Assembly: GCA_028534125.1 (NCBI GenBank)
Contig: CM052832.1
Location: 24,616,001 to 24,680,000, forward strand
Source of the DNA: Lama glama
Taxonomy: Eukaryota
DNA: 64,000 nucleotides
Direction of reading: 5' to 3'
The notes beneath the pieces were generated by a model that ran no database searches, was not told the origin of the DNA, and saw only the letters and a list, made by a program, of their open reading frames with translations. Both the position numbers and the translations under genes were made by a program. This document shows positions 12,775-25,445 of the stretch, piece after piece; the first letter of the stretch is position 1, and every line of letters starts with the position of its first letter.

Positions 12775-14679
12775 ATGAAATCCAACCAAGAGCGCAGCAA
12801 CGAATGCCTGCCTCCCAAGAAGCGCGAGATCCCCGCCACCAGCCGGCCCTCGGAGGACAAGGCCGCGGCCGTGCCCAGCGACAACCACCGCGCGGAGGGC
12901 GTGGCATGGCTCCCGGGCAGCGCTGGCAGCCGGGGCCACGCGGGCGGGCGGCTCGGGCCGGCGGGGCCCCCGGCGGAGCTCGGTTTACAACAGGGAATAG
13001 GTTTACACAAAGCGCTGTCCGCGGGGCTGGACTACTCCCCGCCCAGCGCTCCCCGGTCCGTCCCGGCGACCACGACGCTGCCCGCGGCGTACCCGCCCCC
13101 GCAGTCCGGGGCGCCAGTGTCGCCCGTGCAGTACGCCCACCTGCCGCACACTTTACAGTTCATCGGGTCTTCCCAGTACAGCGGGCCCTACGCCGGCTTC
13201 ATCCCTTCCCAGCTGATCTCCCCCACGGCCAGCCCGGTCACCAGTGCGGTGGCCTCTGCCGCCGGGGCCGCCACTCCATCCCAGCGCTCCCAGCTGGAGG
13301 CCTATTCCACTCTGCTGGCCAACATGGGTAGTCTGAGCCAAGCCTCGGGACACAAGGCTGAGCAGCAGCAGCAGCACTTAGGCAGGACTGCGGGGCTCCT
13401 CCCCCCGGGGTCCCCACCGCCCACCCAGCAGAACCAGTACGTGCACATTTCCAGCTCTCCGCAGAACGCCGCGCGCCCGGCCTCCCCGCCGGCCCTCCCC
13501 GTCCACCTCCACCCCCACCAGACGATGATCCCGCACACGCTCACCCTGGGGCCCTCCCCGCAGGTCGTCGTGCAGTACACCGACTCCGGCAGCCACTTTG
13601 TCACCCGCGAGGCCACCAAGAAAGCCGAGAGCAGCCGGCTGCAGCAGGCCGTGCAGGCCAAGGAGCTCCTGAACGGGGAGCTGGAGAAGGGCCGCCGGTA
13701 CGGGCCGCCCACCTCGGCCGACCTGGGCCTGGTGAAGGCGGGCGGCAAGTCCGTGCCCCACCCCCACCCGTACGAGTCCAGGCACGTGGTGGTCCACCCC
13801 AGCCCCGCCGACTACAGCAGCCGAGACTCCTCGGGGGTGCGGGCCTCTGTGATGGTCCTGCCCAACAGCGGCACCCCTGCCTCCGACCTGGAGGTGCAGC
13901 AGGTCACGCACCGGGAGGCCTCCCCCTCCACCCTCAACGACAAAAGTGGCCTGCACTTAGGGAAGCCGGGGCACCGATCCTACGCGCTGTCACCCCAACA
14001 GGCCCTGGGCCCGGAAGGCGTGAAGGCCGCCGCTGTGGCCACGCTGTCCCCCCACACGGTCATTCAGACCACACATAGTGCTTCAGAGCCACTCCCGGTC
14101 GGACTGCCGGCCACGGCCTTCTACGCGGGGACCCAGCCGCCTGTCATCGGCTACCTGAGCAGCCAGCAGCAAGCAATCACGTACGCGGGCGGCCTGCCCC
14201 AGCACCTGGTCATCCCTGGCACCCAGCCCCTGCTCATCCCGGTCGGCAGTGCTGACATGGAGGGGTCCGGAGCGGCCTCGGCCATAGTCACTTCATCACC
14301 CCAGTTTGCTGCAGTGCCTCACACGTTCGTCACCACCGCCCTTCCCAAGAGCGAGAACTTCAGCCCAGAGGCCCTGGTCACCCAGGCCGCCTATCCGGCC
14401 ATGGTGCAGGCCCAGATCCACCTGCCTGTGGTGCAGTCCGTGGCATCGCCCGCAGCAGCCCCCCCTACGCTGCCTCCCTATTTCATGAAAGGCTCCATCA
14501 TCCAGTTGGCCAACGGGGAGCTGAAGAAGGTGGAGGACTTAAAAACGGAAGACTTCATCCAGAGCGCAGAGATCAGCAGCGACCTAAAGATCGACTCCAG
14601 CACCGTGGAGAGGATCGAGGACAGCCCCAGCCCGGGCGTCGCCGTGATACAGTTTGCCGTCGGGGATCACCGAGCACAG
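12775..14679 (+). CDS. ATXN1: Ataxin-1, first (large) coding exon, 635 codons, phase 0; includes the N-terminal half of the AXH domain
   Basis: Translation MKSNQERSNECLPPKKRE...TLPPYFMKGSIIQLANGELKKVEDLKTEDF...HRAQ matches ataxin-1. Exon acceptor ttcattttcccag ends at 12614; donor CAG|gtaacg starts at 14680. Confidence 0.98.
12804..13331 (+). CDS. Overlapping out-of-frame ORF, Alt-ATXN1 orthologue, 175 aa
   Basis: ATG 29 nt downstream of the ATXN1 ATG in another frame, MPASQEARDPRHQP...; same position as the described human Alt-ATXN1. Confidence 0.7.
   Translation: MPASQEARDPRHQPALGGQGRGRAQRQPPRGGRGMAPGQRWQPGPRGRAARAGGAPGGARFTTGNRFTQSAVRGAGLLPAQRSPVRPGDHDAARGVPAPAVRGASVARAVRPPAAHFTVHRVFPVQRALRRLHPFPADLPHGQPGHQCGGLCRRGRHSIPALPAGGLFHSAGQHG
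13363..13374 (+). repeat. ATXN1: (CAG)4 polyQ site, orthologous to the SCA1 repeat
   Basis: GCTGAG-CAGCAGCAGCAG-CACTTA, encoding HKAEQQQQHL. Confidence 0.95.
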
Positions 14680-15129
14680 GTAACGTTCATCCAGGTCGCG
14701 CAGGTAGGGGGACGCCCCACCGCACCGCCTTCCCCATTTCCTGGCCCAGTGAATTTCTTCCAAGAGGCAGACCTGTCTGTGCTGTGGGGACGATTAAGGG
14801 ATTTCACGTATACCTAGGGGTTAGACACGTCATCTTTCCCGGCCAAGTTCTCTAAGAGAATTAAGCCCTAATGCACCAAGGCACCTACTGTTTGTAATGA
14901 GTTAACTTCTCTGCATCTAGAGTAGGGCTAGTCGGGTACGATCCTCGGGACAATTAAGAAAGTCACCACTGAAGTTATTTTTTTTGTTGTTGTTCTGTGG
15001 TTTAGATGAGGAACCCTGATTTTAAAAAGTCATTCTGCCTTTTTTTTTTAATCCAAAAGAGACAGTGCTGGATGAGAACGTTAGGTACCTAGAGTCACCA
15101 CATCTTATTCCAATATCCGTGTTTTAAAA

Positions 15130-15660
15130 TGTAGGTTTTGTTAGGTTTTGTTATTTAGGCCAACAGATGAGATGAAACTGCCATTAGAAAAGATAGTTTC
15201 TTATACTCAGATCCCAAGAGGAGGGGGCATGCACGGCCATGCAAGGCAACATGCAGAAGCACCAGGGTCCGTCAGGAGGCACAGGGAGAGAGGAGAAGAC
15301 GTGGGCAAGAGCCTTTATTGTGGTTTGTGGTTTCCTTGGGAAGGAGGCAGGGTAAACGGGATTGGCAAGTTTGAATTACTTGAGCAGTTTCTGGGCATAG
15401 GGGCTGTCCCTTGGTGTCTGGTACGTGGCCCTGGGGTGATTAGGGCAGGTGGATAGTGGCTTAGAGAGTGAGAGCCCCTTAGAGGTAGTGGCTGGGATGT
15501 GGGTGTTTGCTTTGCATATGAAGGACACACTCCTAGGCAGGTGAGTTGTTAGCGATCTCTAGTAATTAGCTAACCCTGGGAGGGCAGTCCCTTCAGAGTC
15601 AGCAGGGCCCCAAGATATCAAAGCATCAGATACAGAGAATAAAAGGCATGGTTCATGTAA
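15130..15660. mobile_element. Old ERVL-class solo LTR (MER76/MER77-like)
   Basis: ggccaacagat...ctgccattagaaaagatagttt...gggcaagagcctttattgtggttt; subfamily uncertain. Confidence 0.6.
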
Positions 15661-18600
15661 TCTGGAAAGTCAGGGCTGTCCTAGGTCTTCTGGTAAATAG
15701 GAGCCCCAAGGGCAAGGGTCAGATGCAGCCCAGCTGAGTCGTGTTAAAACTGCAGCTTTGATGAACTCTCTTAACTTCCATGAGTTCCTTCAGTCCACTG
15801 TTTTCCAGTCTCTTAAGTCGCTTGAATGCATTTATTCCACCCATTTGTATGAAACAGCAGTTTCGCTGCCCAGCTTGCTTGGAGTCCAGCAGATCTGACT
15901 CCTGGACCGGGAACTTCCCTGGCTGTGGAGCCGCACCCACTCTGGGAATGGTTCCACCAGAACTTTGAAACACTGAGATGTGACAGCACCTCCTTCAGGT
16001 TGAAATGAGTCGAAAAATGGTCATGGCGTAGCTGGTATTTGGGACATTCCAAGAAAATAAACAACAAAGACAAACCAGTTAATGGTTTGCATTGTTCTGA
16101 GTATGTTAAAAAAAAAAAAACAAAAAAACCAAGTGAGGGAGGGAAGAGCGATTTTCCAAAGTGTCTCCAGAACTGCTTGTGACTGTCCAGGCGTGGGACC
16201 TTGCACAATCTCAGGGGGCCCGCGTTGCCAGGAGCTTTGAGTCCCAAAGACTCTTCTTTTTTATGGTGAGATGTCACTGTGGGCTTTGGTAAGGCCCTAG
16301 AGAGATTTCTCAAAGTTCTGATTTAAAAAAAAAAAAGCAGGATATTTGGGAAAGGGCGTCATTATTCAGAATCCACTGCCCATCTGTAGTTGCTGCTCAC
16401 CGCCACCTTCCTCCAGGGATGAGGGCGGGTAGTAGTTGAAAGAACGGGCTGTCTTTAGCAAAGTTGTCTTTTAACACACCCCAGGTGGAGCATGGAAAAT
16501 AAACAAGAAGGGAAAAGTAAATGTGTTTTTCCGTGGCCCCTTTAATCGTTCCTGTGAACAGAGGTGGGTGTGGAAGGAGGGGTTACTTTGAAATGCTACT
16601 GGCCCTGCCAGGCACCTCTTTCAACTTTCAATAAAGAGCAGCTCTGAGCTGTGGGCGGCATCCGTGGGCCGCTGCAGCCTCTGCGGATGAGAACTTCACA
16701 GACCTCCAGGTTTCCAGTCGACCTGGCATGTCTTAGAGAGGAAGCATCTCTCTATGTTTTCCCTGCTCAATGCTTTGAAGAATGAACGGTTAAACGATCG
16801 AGAAATCGGCTTCCATGTGTGAAGTCTCATTTCCTTCCCTGTAGCCAAACCACCAGTCTCTTTGCTGACAACCAAGGTGCAAACGAGAAGGCAGCGTATT
16901 CGTCGTGGCCTGTTCTTAGGGCTGTCGGGCGGCCGCTGTGTGGTCGTGCTGCGCGCCGGGAAGGGCTTCTGCAAAGACAGGCAGGAGGGCGCCCTGGTTG
17001 GTGAAAAGGGCTGGCTGGGGCTTCAGGCTGTAGAAACAGAAGTGCGGGGCCCAGACACAACCGATGATGTATCCATTTTACCCAGCGAGAAACCTATCAG
17101 AAACGGGCTGACATCATCACAGCTAAAATACTCCCCCAGCTGTGTTTGCCACAGGTGCCAGGAGCAGTCAGTGGAGAATCAGAGACAGAAGGCGAGAGGG
17201 GGAGAGGGGAGGGCTGGGGAGAACGAACGTCTGGATTTAATTTACCCTCCGAGGGCGGAGGGCTTCCCTCCCTCCTCAGTGTCGCTTGGCTTTCGCCCGC
17301 TGGCCTGGAGAACCAGTCCTAGCTTCTCAGCTCGTTAGAAAGCACTCGCATTTGCACCCACAGGGAGATTTAGAAATGTGCTAAGTATATGACTTAATTG
17401 GCAAAAATCACACATTTCATTGGTGCTGTTGTGGAAGGAAGGGGTGGTTTTCTATAGGGCAGGTGGCTTTTTGCCCCGGGCGTGAATCCTCCACAGAAGC
17501 AGGACCAGGGGGATGCATGACTAGATAGCCTACCGCAGGCATCCCCGTGAGCGCACGTGGCTGGTGGGCGGAGCCACGAGCCTGGGGTCTGGTTGGTGGT
17601 GAGACAAGTTGTCTGACCTCTCAGAGCTGGGGTTTTTCTCATCTCTCCAACCAGCAAATGATCCCTGATAGGAGATCCTTTCTCAGGCCACCTCTACTTT
17701 TTGTAACCCTTCACTTTCCCGCCTTGCAGAACAGCCCTCGTAAAATGTACTAGCGTCCACTAGCCAAAAACCAGAGTCAGGGACATAAAGGGAAACTTCC
17801 CTGACTTCATGCTAATAAAGCATGAAGCACCTGGACCTCGTAGGCGGGAGCGCATCCTGTATGGAACTCAGGGAGTTTTCATTGGGAGGATTATTTTAAG
17901 GAGCCGAATTCCTAATTATTATTGTGGGAAGGCGCCTCCAGGGTGGTCTCTGGCTAAAGCTCTAGAGGAAGCAGCGTAGGAGAAAAATGCTTTTGCGTGT
18001 TTGTCACCACCCTGTGGTTTTGTCATATCCAGAAACGTCCCTGCATCCCAGGTCCCCTGCCCTGTGCAGTGGGAAAGCAAAAGGTCACGGCAGGTGTTGT
18101 CAGTGCTTTGTGCACCGCACAGAGCCTCTGGGTGGACACCTGCAGTCTCCTTCCTCTTTTGGTGAAGGACAGGTAGCCTTTCCACCACAGGTGGGCAGGA
18201 GTCACTGCTTCCATGCCGCTGTCCTCTTGAGCTTGGTGACCCTGGCGGGATTGCTTCCCTTGGGCCTCACTTCCAAATATAAACCACTTAACGTTCTCCA
18301 AGTTCAAGTCCGTAAGTCTGTGGCGAGACCCCAAAGGGATCCCCGGGCGTTAGCATCAATGTGGGAGCCGGTGTGACTCAGTTTGAAGATAGAGCATCGT
18401 CTGCTTGGGTGGGAAGCAGGTTAGCTGGTTAGAAAATGCAGGACCTGGAGCCAAAAAGACCCACGCCTGGATCTCTCCTCCAACACTCCCCACGCCATAG
18501 CCCTGGACCTTGTGCACATCTTGGACAGGTTATTGACAAATACTTCATGGTGCAAGTGACATGTGAGCCTTCCATTTGGCTTTTGTTGTAGTGCAAAAAG

Positions 18601-19924
18601 TAAAGGTTATTGTAAGAATGAGAGAAAATGCATTCAAAGGAACCAGCACAGGATGGAGCACGTAGTAGGCCCTCGCCAACGCTGGTTTCCCTTCCCTGCT
18701 TCAGCGTGGGTGACTTCATCCCTAAGAAGAGAAACGTTAGCTTCTGAAAGATAAATAAAAGGCTCGTGCTCCACAAAAAGAGTTTTATGGAAGGAGAGAC
18801 AGCTTTTCCAGTGAGCACAATAAGCCATTTTTTCCTCGGCCTCTCTTCCGGTGATGTGTTCCCATGAGTGGCCCCGGAGCGCCCCTCCCACTGTTCCTAT
18901 AAGGAAGGCGAAATGACCTCACGCTAGCCTGGGTGCATATAATACCATCTGTTTTTCTGAGTGCGAGCTGGACTGGAAGGATGGTTGGATGGTCCAGCCC
19001 TGCACATCAGGAAGAGGACCATCGCTGAAACAGGGGCTCCTGCATTTCTCTTCTGCAGAGAGGATCTTAGCGTCCTGCTCCCCTACCTGGGGAGCCCTTG
19101 GCTTCTGTCCGGAAAACAGTGTTTTATTGGTGCCCCCCAGGTTGAGCGCTTCTGAGGAAGACACAGAATTTGCTCAGTAGAACTGTAGTACATTTTAGTG
19201 AGATGCTCTGGGGTGACGCTCATCATTGGCTGCTCCTTTCCTAAGCGCTGGGCTCCGTGTTATGAGGATTGTCGCTTCCCAGATTCCCGAGGTGACTGCT
19301 TCCTTTTACCTCCTTGGTAGCTTGCTTAATATTCAGTGCCATTCTCTTCTCCCGGTGGTCTGTGCGCGCGTGTGTTTGTGTGTGTGCGCGCGCGCACACA
19401 CACTCAGACAGTGTGTTTTAGTGACGTTCTCAGTGCAGGTCTGCCAGTGGCTTTTCTTTCATTCCACTATTTTTTAATTTGATTGCTGTGTTCTGTGAGG
19501 CATCAGTAGCAGCAGTACGTGTTTAATGGATTAGCTGTTGCCTAAAAATAGCCAGAGCCTTGGTGCAAGCAGCACACAGGCCTGGAGAGTCCCTCAGCAG
19601 CCAGGGCAGACCCGCTTGCCAAAGATTTTACATGCGGGGTTGGTGGAAATGAACCCTGATGAGTCAGGGAGTAGGTGGTGGCTGCCCTCGGTGCAGAGCT
19701 CATCGCTGGGCCGGGGTCCGGTGACTGGGGAAAATCCTCTCGGCTCTAACACTGGAAAGGCTCCAGCCGAGAAATGGTCTCAAACACGTTTGTGTTCATG
19801 CACCTTCCTAAAAAGAAGAATCGGGTCCCCGTCTAGCCTGCGTGTGGTACAAGTGTCTCCAACTTGGGGATCCTAGTTACTGAAGCAGATTCTCTCGGAC
19901 CATTGTTTTTTGTAGCTTTTGTGA

Positions 19925-20420
19925 AAAATAGACTATCATTTAAAGTAGTTTTAGGTTTACAAAAAAAAAATGAGCAGAAAGTAGAGAGAGTTCCTAGACG
20001 CCTAGAGTTTTCCGAGATTGAAACATTCTGTTTGTGTAGAACATGGGTGACAGCTGATGAGCCAATACTGACACATTAGTGGTAGTTAAAGTCCATTCTT
20101 CACACTAAGGTTTACACCGTGCTGGGCGTCCTGTGGCTGTGACAAGTGTGTACCATCACGTATCCAGCATTACAGAACAGCTCCAAGCACCGTAAGAATC
20201 CTCCAGGCTTCACCTATGGGTCCTACTCCCCACCCCACACCCCTGGCAGCCACTGATCTGTTTACATCTCTTTCATTCCAGAATGTCACATGGTTGGACT
20301 CCTGTAGTGTGTAGCCGTTTCGCCTGGCAGTTTCACTTAAATGGGCATTTCCTTAAATGCCTCCAGATCTTTTTGTGGCTTTGAGAGCTCGTTTCTTTTT
20401 AGCGCTGAATAATACGTCCT
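19925..20420 (-). mobile_element. L1MC-like 3' end
   Basis: aatagact...gtagttttaggtttacaaaaaaa..tgagcagaaagtagagagagttcc and ccctggcagccactgatctgttt motifs. Confidence 0.7.
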
Positions 20421-22214
20421 TGTTCTTTGAAGCACACACGTTAAGACCCAAGAGAAGGCAGGCAAGTGGGGTAGACCCGTGTGCCCCAGAGCTGCCCTGG
20501 TCACCTGCCAAGTGGGCCCCACGGGGCCTCCCCGCCGTGGAGGCTCTGGGAGCCGAGCGACAGCGTGAGAAGAGCCCAGCTTGCGTCCCGGGCGGTTTGT
20601 GTTCGGAGGCGTCTACGCGCTGGGTTGTGAGTTTCATGAACAGCCTGAAACGCTCCCACCAAAGACTGAGTCAGGCTGAGCGGGCACGTGATTAAATATT
20701 TTAAATAGAAGACTCGCAGATTCTCTTACGCTCGACTGAAGAGGTGTGACTGCTTTTATTAATAAGTTTTCAACATCTAAGTACATGGGTCCCTCTGTTA
20801 GCCCCTTAATCTTTGCTCCAGGCTTTTTGGATTTTCTGGACGTGGAGAATGTGGTGATGCAAACTGGCCTTCAGGGAAAACAGACTGGCTTTTCTCTCCA
20901 GGTGAAACAGGACCAGGAACTTCCCTTGCAGACAAAGTGAGGAATTCTCAATGTAATCATTTCACCAAAAGCAAGACGTAGTCACTGAGACCCAGCTTCT
21001 GAGCCATGTCCTTGCTCCCGGAGACGCGCAGAAATTGTACATTTGGGATGGGATCAAGCAAAGATGTTTTGTAAAACAGATGCCCTTCACATTTGTGAAA
21101 ACAGGGATTCTCGTGAAGGAAAAGGGAGACAAATTTAAACAACAGACGTTTTGTTTCCTTTGTATGTTGTTTTTGGTGTTATATGCATATGTGTGTGTGT
21201 GTAGACATAGCACCAATCTATGGTTGAAACGTACAACCAAACAGCATAAATATGTGTATATACACAGTGTTTAGATAAAACAAACCAAGTCGCTAAAGGA
21301 AATTTACTGAACTTATGGAGGAGCCAAGGAGGATGGTACAAGCAGTCATTAGCCAGATCAGGAAGGCAACACTGAATAAATAATCATCAGCCCAGAAGTG
21401 AGGAGGTGTTGCCTCCCTGTCTTGGTGTCTCCATCCTGAATAGAAGTCAGAGGTGACCGTTTTAAAAGAGGAGTTGGTGTAGCGGGGCTGGAGGGAGGGA
21501 GGGAGGGGTGGGCAGATTTCTCTTGGGAGCAGCGGTGAGCAGTGGGTGTGGCTGCAGCTGCAGGAGGAGGGCCGGAAAGGGCACAGGAGGATGGGAGGTG
21601 ATTGCCCCTAACAAAGAGGTTCTGGATACAAGGCGCTGGGAGATGAAAGACAGAGGGGTCTCAAGCTGACACCAGGACAAAGGCTATTCATGCTCCCATT
21701 TCATCCTCTGGACTGCTTTAAGTGTTTAGAAGAGGATGTATTTATGGGATGAAAAAAAAAAGGGCTGTGTTGAGCTGCCAGGAGTTATGTAACAACATGC
21801 TTTGGTTTTATATGGTACTGCCCCCAGGAATGTATTTCCACTGGGGTGTAATCAGAGATTGTTTGAACCCCGACAAGGTCATAGAGTGAATTAATTATTA
21901 GGACAGCTGAACGAGCAAAAAGAAGCCTCAGGAGTGGAGAGAGAGTAACTGAAGTGGGATTCAGTGAGATCAGGATGAGCTCAGCGTCCACCAGGAGAAC
22001 GCGGAGTGAGGCAGCTACTGTACTCAGCCCAGAAAGCTGCCTGGGAGGGAGTGAGCAGGACCCAGGAAGGGCGCTGCCCCTCTCCCCGGGGGACTCTGAG
22101 CCCAGCTGAGTCCTGGCTGGTGGAAGCAAGGACGGGCAGAGCCTCTCCAGCATCTAAACATTGACCTCTGCTGGCCAGTTGTTCCACTGCGGTGGTTTTA
22201 CACAGGAGAGGCAA

Positions 22215-23010
22215 ACAGAACTTGTCTTCCAGGTTTGTGCTGAGCACCTATGACGTGCCAGGAGGTATTCTGCACCCTGGGGATAGAACAGTGAGCAAAC
22301 CAGACACTTCCTCAGCCCCCATGGAACACAGTGTCCTGTGGGGGTTTATCGGAAGAAGTGAAACAAATATGTAAGTAAAGAAAACAATGCATCAAAAGAT
22401 AATGAGTGCTGTGGGAAAAAATAAGGCAGCCCAGAGAGGAAAGGGAAATAGGGGTGGAGGGTCGTTGTCTTAAATAGCGTGGTCGGTGATGCTCTCTCAG
22501 AGAAGGGGAGCCGGAGGGGACAGTACGCAGGGCCAAAAGGATTCCAAATGGAGGGAGCAGCAGATGCACAGACCCAGAGACACAAGTGTCTTTTGGAGTG
22601 AAAGGACTGATGAGAGACTGGTGTCACCACGTTCAGTGCAGGGAGCAGGGGGTGGGATGCAGCCCACGCCAGGCTGAGTCCTGGTGGCTTTTCCTCCTGG
22701 TGAGATGCTGGACTCCTTGGGCAGGACTGTGGTGTTGGAGACAGTGAGAAATGGTTTCTTCTCGATATATGTGAAAGAGAAAACCAATATGACATGCTTG
22801 TGATTTGGATGTGTGTGGTATGAGAGACGGCATCAAGCCAAGTATGAGGTCCAGGCCGTGGACTCAGACACTGGAAGACAGGGAATGGCGTTCCTGGAGA
22901 TGGGGAGGAACCCAGGATGTACCAGTGGGCAGGGCTGTAACGGTGAGGGGGTCTGTTTCAGGCACGTTAAGTTTCAGTTGCCAGTAGACATTCAGGTGGA
23001 CATCACCAGG
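22215..23010. mobile_element. L2 LINE fragment
   Basis: tgagcacctatgacgtgccagg...ggggatagaacagtgagcaaa...gttaagtttcagttgccagtagacattcaggtgga. Confidence 0.65.
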
Positions 23011-25135
23011 CTGCCGGTATCCAGATACATACCCTGGTGAAGTTACTTGCTCTGCATGCACGCTCTGGCTCCCCACTGAAGGCAGGAACTAGGTCTTGGT
23101 GAGTCCCTAACAGTCAGCAGGTGCTCAGTGAACATTTTAAACTTTATTAAAACTGCAAAGCCTGGAGTGTGAACACTTAATAGTATTTTGAAGCTCTCAG
23201 CACCAAAGGGAAGACCCACGTGGGCCTCAGGTTCAAGGAATTCAGACTCATTTTTCTGGTTTGAAGTGACATCATGTCTCGAGGCCTCGCCATCTCTGTT
23301 TCACGCCCAGAACAGTACGCGTTGGCATCAGCAGCACGTTTTCAGGCCGGCAGTGTGCCTCTCCGAGGGAGTTTCGAGCAGACAGACCCAACCACGTATA
23401 TCCTCACTGAAAAATCCCCGAGTGTGGTTTCTTCATTAACTGTTAATGATCAGTTAACCTTTAAGAATGTTTATGTCCTGACAAACCTAATTATGAAATA
23501 AAAATAGAATTTTTATGACTACTTCAGTGGGCACATTTGAGATACGTGCAACAAGAGTTTAACTTTTATCAAAGAAAGAAGAACTTAGTTAACATATGTG
23601 CAGACTTTAAAAAAAGTGCATTGTCTAGATAATTCAGGCTAAGTAATTAGAAAAAATATTTGTGAGGATAAATATTATTGAGGCTATATAATTAGGAGGA
23701 AAAGAACACTCGGCCCGAGCTGTCCGGTCCACGGCTTACGGTGATCAGATTAGCTGACTTTCTAGCTCCCACTTTGTTTGGACCCAGGCGAGGGCGTGGC
23801 GCCTTCTCCCAGGCTCTGTGCGGGGAAGACAAAGCCAGCATTTAGGAAGGAGGGACCAAAGGCCAGCTTGAAAGTGGTGGAGCAGATTTCCCCAAACCTG
23901 TCCGGGTTAAAATGAATTCCATTATCATCAGCTCTTTTTAGCACACCTCTTAAATAATCTCCTCTGTCCTTGTCACTTTTCTTTCATCAATTTTTAGGTA
24001 GAGTGTTTGAAGCTATCGGCCACCTCACAGCTTTTAATTCTAAGACCTGCCTTCAGAGTTCTGAGATGACGGGGTCGTGAAGGGCTTTCACAACACCCCC
24101 AAAACATTGTGGGGTATGTAATGGGGAGCACATGCGTCTGCGTCAGAGCTTCCAGAATAATCAGTAATATTACTTGTCACAAGGTTGTTGAAGACGTTTC
24201 TTCTCAATGAGTCTGCAGACACTTGGCAACGTGCGGAAGTCTTCAGATAGATTTGTATACACTAGATGTTATTTTCATGACATGAAATATTGGCTGCTCT
24301 GAGGAGTGTGTAGAATGTGGCTCACACAGCAAGAGGCTGTTCCTTAGAAGGTGGGGGCCGCCCGTCAGCGAGACTCTGCCCAGGAGCAGGGGATCATCTA
24401 GGCAGTGCAGCTAGACGACCCTCACTGGAAGCAGGGTTTGTTCCTTCTGCTCAGCTGTATGATGTTAGTGGCTCTAAGAGATTTGGGACGGGATTTATGG
24501 AGCCAGTTCCGGGTTGGTTCTTCCACTTGGAACTCAGTGGGCATCCCCAGCTGATGCTGTAACGTGTAAGTATATTTACACACATGTCTATGCAAACATA
24601 TATGTCTGTGTGATGTCAGTGTGTTCTGTAATTGAGCATTAGCCTCATCACACACTTATAGAGACTAGTGTTGTGTAGTAGATGTAAGGCTGATGCTGTG
24701 GCACAGTTTTCTGTGTCATGAGACAAAGTCGTGATCTCGTGTCATTGGATGCTATTTATTTCAAGTAATAGTCACCACTGTTGGAGGCAGTGGGAGTGTG
24801 AAATTCTGTCTTTTGGTGGTATTATGGGGCAGAGAGCAGGAGCGTAGGAAACAGAAATGGGTTTGGGGGCCAAAGAGACTGGGATTAAATCCCAACGCCC
24901 ATCAGTTTATAGCTGTGACACTAGAAGCCACATAATCTCTGTGAAACTCTAGTTCCTTAGTTATAAAACAGGAAGAACAGCATATTATGAGCATTAAACA
25001 AAGTATTTTGTAAAGTGTACCTAAATGCTTGACAGATAGTAGGCCTCAAAAAATTTTAGTTCTCTTTACATTATTAAGATAGCCCAGAACAATGAGATTT
25101 TCCTCAGATAATATGCACATTTACATGGGCTCGTG

Positions 25136-25137
<2 letters not shown>

Positions 25138-25166
<29 letters not shown>
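25138..25166. repeat. (CA)n microsatellite
   Basis: Direct reading. Confidence 0.95.
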
Positions 25167-25169
<3 letters not shown>

Positions 25170-25445
25170 ATAATAATAGGCTTCCATATAAGTTCATTCT
25201 AGTTCTTTCTAAGAACACTCATGTCTTCCATGGAGCATATAAAGTATATCATTCAAGAAGTGTGTCTAAAACTAGATCAATCATAGTCACCAAAAAAAGG
25301 TAAAAGTGGGTTAAATAGAAAAGCCATAATCCATGGAAATTTACTACTTTTAAAGCGGGATATTTTAATTACTTACGTGTTTCTGTGTGCGTGCCTGTGT
25401 ATAAATACAACTGAACATTTTTAGTATTATTGTATTCAGTCAGTA

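Noticed and set aside
13153..13956. Antisense ORFs over the ATXN1 exon (192, 148 and 74 aa; poly-Leu/poly-Cys at the CTG run)
   Set aside because: Expected shadows of a GC-rich coding exon; no recognisable homology
12754..14817. 687-aa ORF as a single-exon protein
   Set aside because: It starts at a GTG upstream of the true ATG and reads through the splice donor at 14680; the last 45 aa are intron
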